Of a DNA stretch of 64,000 bases, positions 18,536-27,395 are shown in pieces (the stretch's first letter is position 1; each line of letters begins with the position of its first letter). The notes below the pieces were generated by a model. It worked only from the letters and a program-made list of their open reading frames with translations. It searched no databases and was not told the origin of the DNA. The stretch is from NCBI GenBank assembly GCA_038239685.1, contig JBBSEN010000004.1, positions 8,657-72,656 on the forward strand, written 5' to 3'. A program made the translations under genes and the position numbers. This DNA is from Candidatus Saccharimonadales bacterium (GTDB lineage Bacteria > Patescibacteriota > Saccharimonadia > Saccharimonadales > UBA4665).

Positions 18536-19806
18536 GCCGGTGCCTCCCGGTAGACCGGCAGCAGCCCAGCCAACAGCACCAGCAAAACTAACGCGCCGAT
18601 TACTAAGTCGCGTACCACCAGTCCAATCGTAGCGTGGGCCGCCGCCAGCAGCACGATGGTCGTCGCCATGCCGACCAGCACCGTCGGTGCCACCAGGAAG
18701 TGACGCAGGCCGATGTGGTAGTAGATCAGCAGGTTAGCCAGCGACAGCATGAACATCGACAGCCCCAGCCCGCGCAGGTAGACGGCGTAGCGGGCGTACT
18801 TATGCCCCAGTAGCACCGTTACCACCAGGTGCGGCAGCACTAAGAAGATTATTAATACGGAGCCGCCGATAGCCGTCGTGAACAGCAGCGAGCGTCGCAG
18901 CGTGGCGTAGTTGCGGGCGGCGCTGTAAGCCGGCTTGATGGAGGGGATCATCACCGCCGCGAACGGTCCGCTGACGAAGTAAATAATATTAGAGATAATC
19001 GAGATGCCGGTGTACAGCCCAGCTAGCACCGGCGGGAAGTAATGTTTAACCACCAGGATGTCGAAGCTCAGTAGCAGGTTGGTCGTCAGCGAGGTCGCTA
19101 GCACCACCAGGCCGTACGGCAATTCCGGCCGCAGCAGCTGCAAGTTAGGCCGCCGCAGGTGCAGGTTGTCGCGCACGAACTGGCGCACGCCCCGGCCCTT
19201 GTACAGCGAATAGGTCAGGCCAATCACCTGGGCGCCAATCAAGCCGCCGATGGCGCCCATCGTCTTCAGGCCCAGCAGCACCAGGCTGACCGCTAGTGCC
19301 AGCTTGCTGACTGCGTTAAGGATGTTTACCCTGGCTAGGGTTTTGAAGCGCTTGTGGCCTTGCAGGTAGGCGTTGGCGAATGACAACGGCACGTTGACCA
19401 GCAGCGTGATGCCCAGCAGCACGAACGGCCCGACTGACGTGAAATGGAAGAAACCTTCCAGTAAGGGCGAGAAGATTAAGCTTATCGCGAAGAAGACCAG
19501 TGACAAGATCAGGGCTAGCCGCGAGATTTCATTGGTCAGCTTGGCGCGCAGCGCCTCGTCGCTATACTTGGTTATAATGCCGATACTGACCAGCCCCAGC
19601 ACCTGGAAAAAGGCTGCCGCCTGGGTAAAGAACGAGATAATGGTCTGGGTTTCGCCGAACGAGGTCGGGTCCAGTAGTCGGCCCAGCACCGGATAAAACA
19701 GGTAATTCAGGAATGACACGAATAGCGAGGCGCTCCAAAAAATAGCGTTATGCCGCCAAAAGCTATTCCCCCGTAATTTCCATGCCGCTTGTGCTAATAC
19801 CCTCAC
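18532..19806 (-). CDS. Wzx-like oligosaccharide flippase (MOP superfamily)
   Basis: About 12 to 14 TM helices over 424 aa. It is translationally coupled to the GtrB-like gene. Confidence 0.7.
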   Translation of the reverse strand: MRVLAQAAWKLRGNSFWRHNAIFWSASLFVSFLNYLFYPVLGRLLDPTSFGETQTIISFFTQAAAFFQVLGLVSIGIITKYSDEALRAKLTNEISRLALILSLVFFAISLIFSPLLEGFFHFTSVGPFVLLGITLLVNVPLSFANAYLQGHKRFKTLARVNILNAVSKLALAVSLVLLGLKTMGAIGGLIGAQVIGLTYSLYKGRGVRQFVRDNLHLRRPNLQLLRPELPYGLVVLATSLTTNLLLSFDILVVKHYFPPVLAGLYTGISIISNIIYFVSGPFAAVMIPSIKPAYSAARNYATLRRSLLFTTAIGGSVLIIFLVLPHLVVTVLLGHKYARYAVYLRGLGLSMFMLSLANLLIYYHIGLRHFLVAPTVLVGMATTIVLLAAAHATIGLVVRDLVIGALVLLVLLAGLLPVYREAPA

Positions 19807-19976
19807 CTATCTATTATAGCCGTATCCCCTACCAAATCGCCAGTGATTGGGCAGGTGTGCCTGATTTCTTACATACAGTTATACAACCTGAGATTACGCT
19901 TAAACCAAATAGAAAATTAATTTCTAAATAACTTTATTAAATATCACTTATACACCTTACAAAAGGAGGGCATGCC

Positions 19977-20066
19977 TATGACCACTGAACAGATGATCAA
20001 CAACTTATATGAATTATCCCAAAACACCTCAGGTGCGCCGAAACCTAAAATCATCAAGAAGAAATA
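19977..20066 (+). CDS. Possible small ORF (29 aa, Lys-rich tail)
   Basis: GGAGG at 19964-19968 lies 8 nt before the ATG at 19977 (an in-frame ATG also occurs at 19971). Product: MTTEQMINNLYELSQNTSGAPKPKIIKKK. It is below the ORF-track size cut-off. Confidence 0.3.
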
Positions 20067-20092
20067 GCCGCCCCCCTTTTAAGCTTAAATAG

Positions 20093-20488
20093 TCAAACGT
20101 TATTGGCTGGCGTCGGATTGAGCTCTTTAACGTTTTGCGGCGGCATTATGTGCTTGCGCACCACGCAGTATTCCGGCTCTTTAGCGATGACGTCTTCGAT
20201 ACTATCGACCTCGTGGCCGCAGATAATCGCGAAAGCGTTCGGATCCCGATGGATTTTGTTGTAGTCTTTAGGACTAAGAAAGATACGGAGACGACAATTC
20301 TCGTCGGAACATTCGCAGGAAAAATTTAAACCTAGGTCGGCGTTGAACTCCTTCGGCAGCTCGCCTTCCGAGGCCGCGACTTGCTTAAACTGCTCTTGCC
20401 ACTTCAAAAAATTTTGGTTAAACGTGCGGAAGACAACCTGGTTCTCGGCCATTCGCCGCTCGGATGGTGTCTCAGCCGCCCTTTTCAT
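20093..20488 (-). CDS. Hypothetical Cys-containing protein (131 aa)
   Basis: I prefer the ATG at 20488 (MKRAAETPSERR...), which avoids overlap with the upstream RSH gene. It contains CECSDENC and ICGH. No family recognised. Confidence 0.5.
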   Translation of the reverse strand: MKRAAETPSERRMAENQVVFRTFNQNFLKWQEQFKQVAASEGELPKEFNADLGLNFSCECSDENCRLRIFLSPKDYNKIHRDPNAFAIICGHEVDSIEDVIAKEPEYCVVRKHIMPPQNVKELNPTPANNV

Positions 20489-20528
20489 AATCTCATAATA
20501 GCATGTTAAGTAGCTTAACCTGCGAATT

Positions 20529-22985
20529 CTAGGCCTGCGCCTGGTAGCCAAAATGCTTGGCGTACTGCCAGATTAGCTTATGGACGCGGGCGTAGACGTC
20601 GGATAATTCGGGCGAAGTGAAGTCTTCGGATAGGTGCTGGTCAGTTTTCGCGAAGTATTCCATAATTTTTTGCCAATCAGCCGAGCCTTGCGGCGCTTGG
20701 CCGGTGGCCAGTTTTATCAGATCAGTAATGTGGTTTTGCCACCGGTCAGCCGGCTTTACCAGCCGGGCGTATTCGTTATCTTGTATCTGTATAGAGTACT
20801 GTTCACGCCGGGCGTATTCGTCTTCGACCTCGAACGGATAGGTCATGGCATTGACACCGTCCATAACGGCAGACCCAAATTTTTGTTTAATTTCAAACAG
20901 CATCTCTTGGCGTTTGGCTAGTTTGGTTGCCTGGTCACCAATGCCTTCCAGGGCATTCTCAACGTGGTCATGCAGTATAGCGGTGGCGGCGATGTTGGCG
21001 GCGTATTGGTTGGGGCCGAGTCCTTCGTCATCCCAGACTTTGCCGCTCTGGGTGGCCAGCATGACTGCCGCTAAGGCTGTTGGCAGTATGTGCCCTTCCA
21101 AGACTGAGGTTACGCCGTCGTCTCTCATAGTATTTGCTTCGGATTCTTTAACCAGCTGCAAGGCGTTCAATATATTTTTGTCGGTGGCCAGGTCGCGGCC
21201 AAACATGCTGAGGGCATCTATGAATTGCTCTTCGCTTAGCTTGGCTGCCGGCAGAACCGCTAGGTTGCCGGAGTCGCCTAAGGCTTCCGCCAGCATCTGT
21301 GGCGCCAGCTTAGCCAATTCTTTGGGTACCAGTGTCCGGGTTCCTTTCTGGCCGTCGACGGCCCGGAATAATTTGTTAAACACAAACGGAATGTGCGGTG
21401 AGACGGCCAACATTTCGGCGATTGACTGGATGGTCGTGCCTGGCCCGATCTCGCGCTCGGCCCTGGCCCGCTCGGCCAAGTGGTTGAGGTGTTGCTGGTC
21501 ATAATCTGTATATTTACCCCTAGCCTTATAAAACAAGTCGCTCGACCTACCATACATTTTCATCCAATGCTGCCTTTGGGTTAGGACTTGGATTTCAAAT
21601 GGAACAGCATCAGGATAGTCTAACGAGCCGGGCTCGGGGTAGTAATAGAAAGTCATGTGGATGGCCTCATAGCCGCTCTTACGTCTCCTAGCGCCTTGCA
21701 TATCATCAAAAGCCGGCTCCCCCGCAGGGTGCTTGTCCTGAATTCTAGCTGGATCAGCGGTCAGGCGTTTCATGAATTGCTCGGCAAAATGGGTCATCTC
21801 GGCGCCGGCCATTTTATTAGGAACAATAAATGCCATGCCAACTCCGTCCGGTGTTAGATGGATTCCTTCATACTTCGGTTGGGCTAGCTTTTCACGCAGT
21901 GAGCCTTCGCTTTTGACACGGGCTTCAGATTCGACTTCGATACCGCTGAACTCTGTTTCCCGCAGCTTGGTAACTATTTCCTGTATGTCATCACGGTGCC
22001 GATGGGATAGGTCATGCTGTCGCTTAGCGTGACCATTAGGATCATCATATAACCACTCTAGGGCAGCGCCTCGCAAATCGATCGCCAACTTCTTATAGCC
22101 CAGCGCCATCAGGGCTGGCACAAAGAAGTTGAGCGCCTCGATGCAATCGCGGAAGGTCGAAGCCGGATTATTGGGCGGCGGGTTCTCGATAAGGTCTTTA
22201 GTTTCCAAGCCTTTGAAGAAGACGCCTTTAATATTATGGTTAAGGGTGCTGACACTGATCGAACGGAGCTTTAGTTCGACCATTTTACGGCCTTTAGTTT
22301 TTAACACCTGTTCCAGCTCGGCTTTGTCAAAGTTATCTAGTTCAGGTGTTTTGTAGACCGACGCTGTTAGCATTTTGCTTTCCCTTTCGTTGATCTCACC
22401 TTTTTTGAGCATTTCGCCAATTTTGTCCGCTCCCCCGTCTCGCCAAATCCGGGCGGCTGACTCCCACTTGGAGGAGTCTATAGCAAACAAATAGGCTTTG
22501 ATCAGGGCATCAGGGTCGGCGACGGCTTTTATCTCTTCTTGGTTGTCGTCTGTACCGCCTTCCAGCAATTCACTCAATCTGGCAAGGGCGTCAGCTTTTA
22601 TTTCGGCGGCTGGTTCACTGCTAGGACTTAATTTGACAGCTGTCTTTTCGGGATTTAAGATTGCATGCTCCACGAAGTCGCCCATCACAATCGTCATTCT
22701 GTCGATATGGCTGGTAGCCGGATCGCTTTTGGCGTCATCATCAGCCTCGGCGTAGTCTCTATAATAGGCCAGCATTCGGTTGTTGTGCTGGCTATGCCGG
22801 GCAGTACCATAAAGTTCGGTCATAAATTCTTCGATATTTTCGCCGACGATGTCGTAGTCATCCGGCATAAATTCCGAAGCGATGGCCAAGGCGGCCATTT
22901 CTGCGGCCGCGTCATAAGCGCCCTCATCATCGTGGGGGGCGTAATATATGCTATTTTCAAAGCCGCTAACCGGACCGTGCTTCAT
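20529..22985 (-). CDS. RelA/SpoT homologue with unusual domain order: unknown N-terminal region, then a (p)ppGpp-synthetase-like domain, then a SpoT-type HD hydrolase domain
   Basis: The synthetase motifs are ARVKSEGSLREKL...PDGVGMAFIV and KSGYEAIHMTFYYY...PFEIQVLTQRQHWM (residues ~355-475). The HD motifs are GHILPTALA, AILHDHVEN and KPADRWQNHITDL (residues ~630-755). Confidence 0.7.
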   Translation of the reverse strand: MKHGPVSGFENSIYYAPHDDEGAYDAAAEMAALAIASEFMPDDYDIVGENIEEFMTELYGTARHSQHNNRMLAYYRDYAEADDDAKSDPATSHIDRMTIVMGDFVEHAILNPEKTAVKLSPSSEPAAEIKADALARLSELLEGGTDDNQEEIKAVADPDALIKAYLFAIDSSKWESAARIWRDGGADKIGEMLKKGEINERESKMLTASVYKTPELDNFDKAELEQVLKTKGRKMVELKLRSISVSTLNHNIKGVFFKGLETKDLIENPPPNNPASTFRDCIEALNFFVPALMALGYKKLAIDLRGAALEWLYDDPNGHAKRQHDLSHRHRDDIQEIVTKLRETEFSGIEVESEARVKSEGSLREKLAQPKYEGIHLTPDGVGMAFIVPNKMAGAEMTHFAEQFMKRLTADPARIQDKHPAGEPAFDDMQGARRRKSGYEAIHMTFYYYPEPGSLDYPDAVPFEIQVLTQRQHWMKMYGRSSDLFYKARGKYTDYDQQHLNHLAERARAEREIGPGTTIQSIAEMLAVSPHIPFVFNKLFRAVDGQKGTRTLVPKELAKLAPQMLAEALGDSGNLAVLPAAKLSEEQFIDALSMFGRDLATDKNILNALQLVKESEANTMRDDGVTSVLEGHILPTALAAVMLATQSGKVWDDEGLGPNQYAANIAATAILHDHVENALEGIGDQATKLAKRQEMLFEIKQKFGSAVMDGVNAMTYPFEVEDEYARREQYSIQIQDNEYARLVKPADRWQNHITDLIKLATGQAPQGSADWQKIMEYFAKTDQHLSEDFTSPELSDVYARVHKLIWQYAKHFGYQAQA

Positions 22986-23084
22986 CAGGTGATAATAACA
23001 TAAAAACGGTATATTGACAATGTACTTAGGGTTGGCTAGTTATGGGGTGATTAGGCTCGGTACATTGACCGGCACTGAAGGGCA

Positions 23085-24371
23085 CTAGCTTCCGGGTATG
23101 GTAGCCGGGGTTATGGGCAGCGGCTGGTTACAGGTGGGGGCGGTGGGCCGAGCATCGAACCGGTCATTTATCCAACTAATAACCTCTGGCGCGATCGTCG
23201 AAGATAATTGGATATGCCCGACATCGGCTAGCCAGAGAGATGTCAGATTGGAGCCAGCTTGACAAGCTCGTTGGATATACAGCGCCGTGGTATTGGGCAG
23301 CACCACCTTGTCTTGCAAGCTTTCAGCCACTAGTAACGGTTGTGATGGATTTAATACGGGAGCTCCCTGGGCCTGGGTAACTGCCCGCCAATCAGGCGAA
23401 TCAACTGGGTTAGTACTAAAGAAATGCTGCCCGAAACTGTTGCGGACTAGAGCGCCCAAAGTTGCCGGAGCGATACAGGAGTCGGCGATTTTTTGGTAAC
23501 TTTTGTAGCCGGCGGTGGTAGTGATGTCTTTAGCGTCCAGGTTAGCATAGGCATTAGGCCAGGAAACCAGGACTTCCGGCCCGATTACCCAATCGATCGT
23601 CCCGCCCGTTTCACCGAATAAGGCTACCAACTCGGCGGCCGGTGCCGAAGCCACGGTGCCGGCCAGTTTAAGTTCTGGCGCGTAATCGGCAGCTTGGGCA
23701 GCCGAAAATAGCGCCGAGTTGCCTCCCTGTGAGTGACCCCAGACGGCGAACGTGCTGCCGGCCTGCGCCGCCGGAAGGTCGCGGGCCGCCCGGACGCTGT
23801 TGAGGACGTCATGGGCTTCATCATTCCCGACCAGGTAGTTCTCCACGCCGGGTGTCCCCAGTCCGGCGTAGTCAGTGGCCGTCACCACCCAGCCGCGGGC
23901 CAGCATTTCGTCGACCCAATCAATATTGCCGATAGGCTTATCAATGCGGGAAGGCGCGCACTGGTCACCCATGCCCACCGTGCCGTGGGCCCAAGCCACG
24001 ACCGGCCGCGGGCTGCCGGCGTTATTGTTATTAGGAATAAAAACCATGCCTGACGAGAAAGTAACTGAGCCGTCGCCTTTCTGGGTGCGGTATAAGACGC
24101 GCTCGGCTGTACCATGGGGCAGGCTTACTGCCAGTGGCTCGTGCCGTACCACCTGCCCCATCGGCCCGTCACTGCTCAGGCCGTTCGTATTATAAAAAGG
24201 TTGCAAGGCATTTTGCTTGTGGTTGACCTGCCAGCGGCCGACTAAGGTTGTAATTACCAGTATGGCTACCAGCAGCAAGAGCAGGCCAGTCGCCCCTACT
24301 AAAAGGCGTTTGCTATGACGCAACAGCGAGGCTGAAATTCTAGTAAATCGTCGCTTGCGCTTAGCGCTCAT
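23085..24371 (-). CDS. Secreted alpha/beta-hydrolase, secretory-lipase (LIP) family-like
   Basis: N-terminal TM/signal region and the nucleophile elbow VWGHSQGGN. The ~430 aa length and GTPGVENYLVG context resemble the LIP family. Confidence 0.65.
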   Translation of the reverse strand: MSAKRKRRFTRISASLLRHSKRLLVGATGLLLLLVAILVITTLVGRWQVNHKQNALQPFYNTNGLSSDGPMGQVVRHEPLAVSLPHGTAERVLYRTQKGDGSVTFSSGMVFIPNNNNAGSPRPVVAWAHGTVGMGDQCAPSRIDKPIGNIDWVDEMLARGWVVTATDYAGLGTPGVENYLVGNDEAHDVLNSVRAARDLPAAQAGSTFAVWGHSQGGNSALFSAAQAADYAPELKLAGTVASAPAAELVALFGETGGTIDWVIGPEVLVSWPNAYANLDAKDITTTAGYKSYQKIADSCIAPATLGALVRNSFGQHFFSTNPVDSPDWRAVTQAQGAPVLNPSQPLLVAESLQDKVVLPNTTALYIQRACQAGSNLTSLWLADVGHIQLSSTIAPEVISWINDRFDARPTAPTCNQPLPITPATIPGS

Positions 24372-24450
24372 GATGCCGCCATTGTAGCATGTTTAAGGAT
24401 AAGCGTGACCGTCGAGACGGTTTCGCGGCTATGGTAAAATAGGTTGTAGT

Positions 24451-25620
24451 ATGGAGAAACAAGTCCTCGCCAAATTATTATCCCAGATTAAGCACGGCAC
24501 CCTGTCGGTTACTTTTTGGGATGGTGAAACCCAGAACTACGGCCGCGGCCAACCCAAAGCCGGTGTCACTATCAAACGCCCCGGCATCTTAAAGAAAGCC
24601 GTCCGCAACCCCAGCTTGGTCCTGGGCGAGGCCTACATGAACGGCGACATTGACGTCGACGAGCCGCTGGAGAACTTGATCCAACTCGGCCAGGCCAACC
24701 CCTTGCGGCTGGAAGTCGGCAGCACGGTGCGCCGATTAAGCAAACTTCACAAAAACAAAAAGTCCAAGCAAGCCGCTTACATCGCCCACCACTATGATCT
24801 CGGCAATGACTTCTACCAGCTGTGGCTGGACCCGACGATGTCCTACTCCTGCGGCTATTTCACCTCGCCACGCGACAGCCTGGAGGCCGCCCAGCGGCAA
24901 AATACCGAACACCTCCTGCGCAAGTTGCAGCTGAAACCCGGCATGCGCCTGCTGGATATCGGCAGCGGCTGGGGCTTCCTGTTGATCGAGGCCGCTAAGC
25001 GCTACAAGGTCCAAGGCCTGGGCGTTTCCCTGAGCAAGGAGCAAATCAAGTACGCTAAGGCCGCCGCCAAGCGGGCCGGTGTCGACAAGCTGGTCAAGTT
25101 CCGGCTGCAGAACTACCAAGATTTACCCAAGGCCGAGACCTACGACCGGGTAATCAGCGTCGGTTTTTTCGAGCATGTTGGCCGCGGAAACCATGATACT
25201 TACTTTAAGATAGTCGACAATGTCCTCAAACCCGGCGGTATCTCAGTCTTGCACTCCATATCGCACCAGGACGAAGCCCTGATCGACCCGTGGGTCGACA
25301 AGTATATCTTCCCGGGCGGCTACCTGCCTAGCGTCCGCGAGACGACCCGGCTGCTCAGCGAGCATGATTTCTACCTGTTTGATTATGAAAACCTGGGACA
25401 GCATTACGCCATAACCCTAGAGCGCTGGTGGCGGGCCTTCGAGCGTCACAAGCCCCAAGTCATAGCCATGTACGACGAACGCTTCTACCGGATGTGGCGG
25501 CTCTATCTGCTGAGCGCCAGGACGGCATTCACCACTGGCAGCGCCCACCTTTCGCAGTGGACCTTCAAGAAGGGCCGCGACCCGGACTGGCCGCTGACGC
25601 GCGCCTATTTGTACAAGTAG
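24451..25620 (+). CDS. cfa: Cyclopropane-fatty-acyl-phospholipid synthase family SAM methyltransferase
   Basis: HYDLGNDFYQLWLDPTMSYSCGYF, LLDIGSGWG (SAM motif I) and the C-terminal WRLYL pattern are all typical of the CFA synthase/mycolic acid methyltransferase family. Confidence 0.8.
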   Translation: MEKQVLAKLLSQIKHGTLSVTFWDGETQNYGRGQPKAGVTIKRPGILKKAVRNPSLVLGEAYMNGDIDVDEPLENLIQLGQANPLRLEVGSTVRRLSKLHKNKKSKQAAYIAHHYDLGNDFYQLWLDPTMSYSCGYFTSPRDSLEAAQRQNTEHLLRKLQLKPGMRLLDIGSGWGFLLIEAAKRYKVQGLGVSLSKEQIKYAKAAAKRAGVDKLVKFRLQNYQDLPKAETYDRVISVGFFEHVGRGNHDTYFKIVDNVLKPGGISVLHSISHQDEALIDPWVDKYIFPGGYLPSVRETTRLLSEHDFYLFDYENLGQHYAITLERWWRAFERHKPQVIAMYDERFYRMWRLYLLSARTAFTTGSAHLSQWTFKKGRDPDWPLTRAYLYK

Positions 25621-25635
25621 AGCCGGCTTGTTCGC

Positions 25636-25971
25636 TTACGCTACTTTGCCATCCTTATTATAGATCGCTATGGCTTGTGACGGATCTCGCGCGGCTTCAT
25701 TTAAGGATAGAAGTCTTTGTAGTAATAAGCTGGCATCTTGGTCTTTTTTATATCCGGCCGCGGCTGCCTTAAATAAGGGCCTAGCCCATCGTTTTAACTC
25801 CGGCGCGTAGTATTGTACTAAGTCGTTTGCGTTGTCAGGACCAGGCAGCTCCATATCTTCAAAGGTCTGCTTGACGAGCATTCTGCCCGTAAAAAACAGC
25901 CTGTCCTCCAAAGTAGGTGGGTTTGTCAATTCTTGGACAGCACGCTCCGCCACGGTTATTTTCTCAGACAT
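25636..25971 (-). CDS. Hypothetical protein (111 aa)
   Basis: ORF only. No recognisable motif. Confidence 0.4.
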   Translation of the reverse strand: MSEKITVAERAVQELTNPPTLEDRLFFTGRMLVKQTFEDMELPGPDNANDLVQYYAPELKRWARPLFKAAAAGYKKDQDASLLLQRLLSLNEAARDPSQAIAIYNKDGKVA

Positions 25972-26032
25972 AAAGTTAGAATATCATAAAAAGTAGTATT
26001 TAACAAGCATAACTTCCTAGTGGGCGTACATG

Positions 26033-26199
26033 ATCCTGCCGACGGCTTCTCTAGCGATGGTCGCAGCCCAGCCAACAACAAGGCCGGCGTACTCCTTGCA
26101 GCAATTCGGTGATTGTCCGTTCTATATGATTGCTTCTGGTTTCTGGTCTCTTGTTGGAGATTACCCAGCAAATCCACTCATTACGGGCTAGTGGCGTCA
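26033..26199. repeat. Direct repeat copy A (167 bp), identical at 164 of 167 positions to 41574..41740
   Basis: My hand alignment found three mismatches: a/c, g/c near the left end, and t/a at ggccggcg(t/a)actcc. Confidence 0.9.
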
Positions 26200-26200
26200 T
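26051..26200 (-). pseudogene. Truncated duplicate of the 3' part of the ydeI-like gene (49-codon remnant)
   Basis: It translates as MTPLARNEWICWVISNKRPETRSNHIERTITELLQGVRRPCCWLGCDHR. Apart from a fortuitous ATG in place of the L codon, this matches the last 49 residues of the 83-aa protein at 41592..41843. Confidence 0.7.
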
Positions 26201-26299
26201 AATTCGGCTGGGAACTACGCTCAGCGCATTCCACTAACCTGGCGAAGCTAACTTTAACAATAGGTCTTAGCGCCAATCGGGGTATACTAGCTATAGGTT

Positions 26300-27349
26300 A
26301 TGAAGATTTTGGTAACGGGTGGTGCCGGATACATCGGTTCCCACACCGTTGTTGAGCTTCTTAATAGTCGGCACCAGGTCGTTATTGTCGACAACTTTTC
26401 TAACAGCAGCCCGGGTGTCTTGTCGCGACTGCGGCAACTGACCGGCTGGCAGCCAACACTCTACAAGGGCACAGTCCAGGACCGTCGGCTGCTCCATCGG
26501 ATATTCTCCGAGCATCGTATTGACGCCGTCATGCATTTCGCCGGCCTGAAAGCAGTTGGCGCGTCCATGCAGCAGCCGCTGGAATATTACCGTACCAATA
26601 TCGAAAGCTCACTGGCGCTCTGCGAAGTGATGCGGGCTAATAACGTTAAGAAATTGATCTTCAGTTCTTCGGCGACGGTCTATGGCGATCCCCAAGAGTT
26701 ACCGTTGCGGGAGACCAGCACCGCCGGCTACGACTTGGCCAATCCCTATGGGCGCAGCAAGTATATGGTGGAGCAGATATTGCACGACCTGGCGGCGGCC
26801 GAGACGGGCTGGCAGATTACATTGTTGCGCTATTTTAATCCGATTGGCGCCCATGACAGCGGCCTGATCGGCGAAGATCCGCGCGGCATTCCCAACAATC
26901 TACTACCCTACATTAGCCGCGTCGCTGCCGGCGTCCTGGAGAGGCTCCAGGTATTCGGGAAGGACTATGACACCGTTGACGGCACCGGCGTGCGCGATTA
27001 TATACATGTCGTTGACGTAGCCCAGGGTCACGTGGCCGCCCTAGAGCAATTGCGACCGGCTGACCGCCCGGAAGTTTACAATCTCGGCCGCGGCCGCGGC
27101 ACATCAGTCCTGGAGGTAGTGCGAACCTTCGAGGCAGTGTCCGGCAAAACTATTCCGTATCACGTCACTGGCGCGCGAGCGGGCGATGTCGCCAGCCTGT
27201 ATGCCGATGTCTCGAAGGCGAGGGTCAAGCTTGGCTGGCAGGCCAGCAAAAGTCTGGAAGAGGCCTGCGTCGACGCCTGGCGCTGGCAGTCGCAGCATCC
27301 AGATGGTTTCAGCGGCGTGCGTCGGCCACTTGTAGCGGTGGCTGGGTAG
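26300..27349 (+). CDS. galE: UDP-glucose 4-epimerase
   Basis: MKILVTGGAGYIGSH (GxxGxxG), the YGRSK catalytic YxxxK motif, and full-length GalE-like sequence. Confidence 0.9.
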   Translation: MKILVTGGAGYIGSHTVVELLNSRHQVVIVDNFSNSSPGVLSRLRQLTGWQPTLYKGTVQDRRLLHRIFSEHRIDAVMHFAGLKAVGASMQQPLEYYRTNIESSLALCEVMRANNVKKLIFSSSATVYGDPQELPLRETSTAGYDLANPYGRSKYMVEQILHDLAAAETGWQITLLRYFNPIGAHDSGLIGEDPRGIPNNLLPYISRVAAGVLERLQVFGKDYDTVDGTGVRDYIHVVDVAQGHVAALEQLRPADRPEVYNLGRGRGTSVLEVVRTFEAVSGKTIPYHVTGARAGDVASLYADVSKARVKLGWQASKSLEEACVDAWRWQSQHPDGFSGVRRPLVAVAG

Positions 27350-27358
27350 TTGTATAAT
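27330..27358 (+). promoter_or_regulatory. Putative sigma70-type promoter for the PP-loop gene pair
   Basis: TTGTAG (27330-27335), a 17-nt spacer, then TATAAT (27353-27358) preceded by TG. It lies 37 nt upstream of the ATG at 27396. Confidence 0.4.
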
Positions 27359-27395
27359 TGCTTTTACGATAGGGTGGCTAAACAAGGCATGATGA

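Noticed and set aside
20845-21504. A 219-aa plus-strand ORF, along with other antisense ORFs at 100..714, 17103..17630, 24736..25119, 28029..28445, 54530..54946 and 57894..58313
   Set aside because: All lie opposite genes with strong family signatures. They have Ala/Arg/Ser/Pro-biased shadow composition and lack SD sequences.
25956-26177. A 73-aa minus-strand ORF over direct-repeat copy A
   Set aside because: It is in a different frame from the ydeI-like coding sequence that the repeat derives from. The homologous frame gives the 49-codon remnant at 26051..26200, so the 73-aa ORF is most likely fortuitous.
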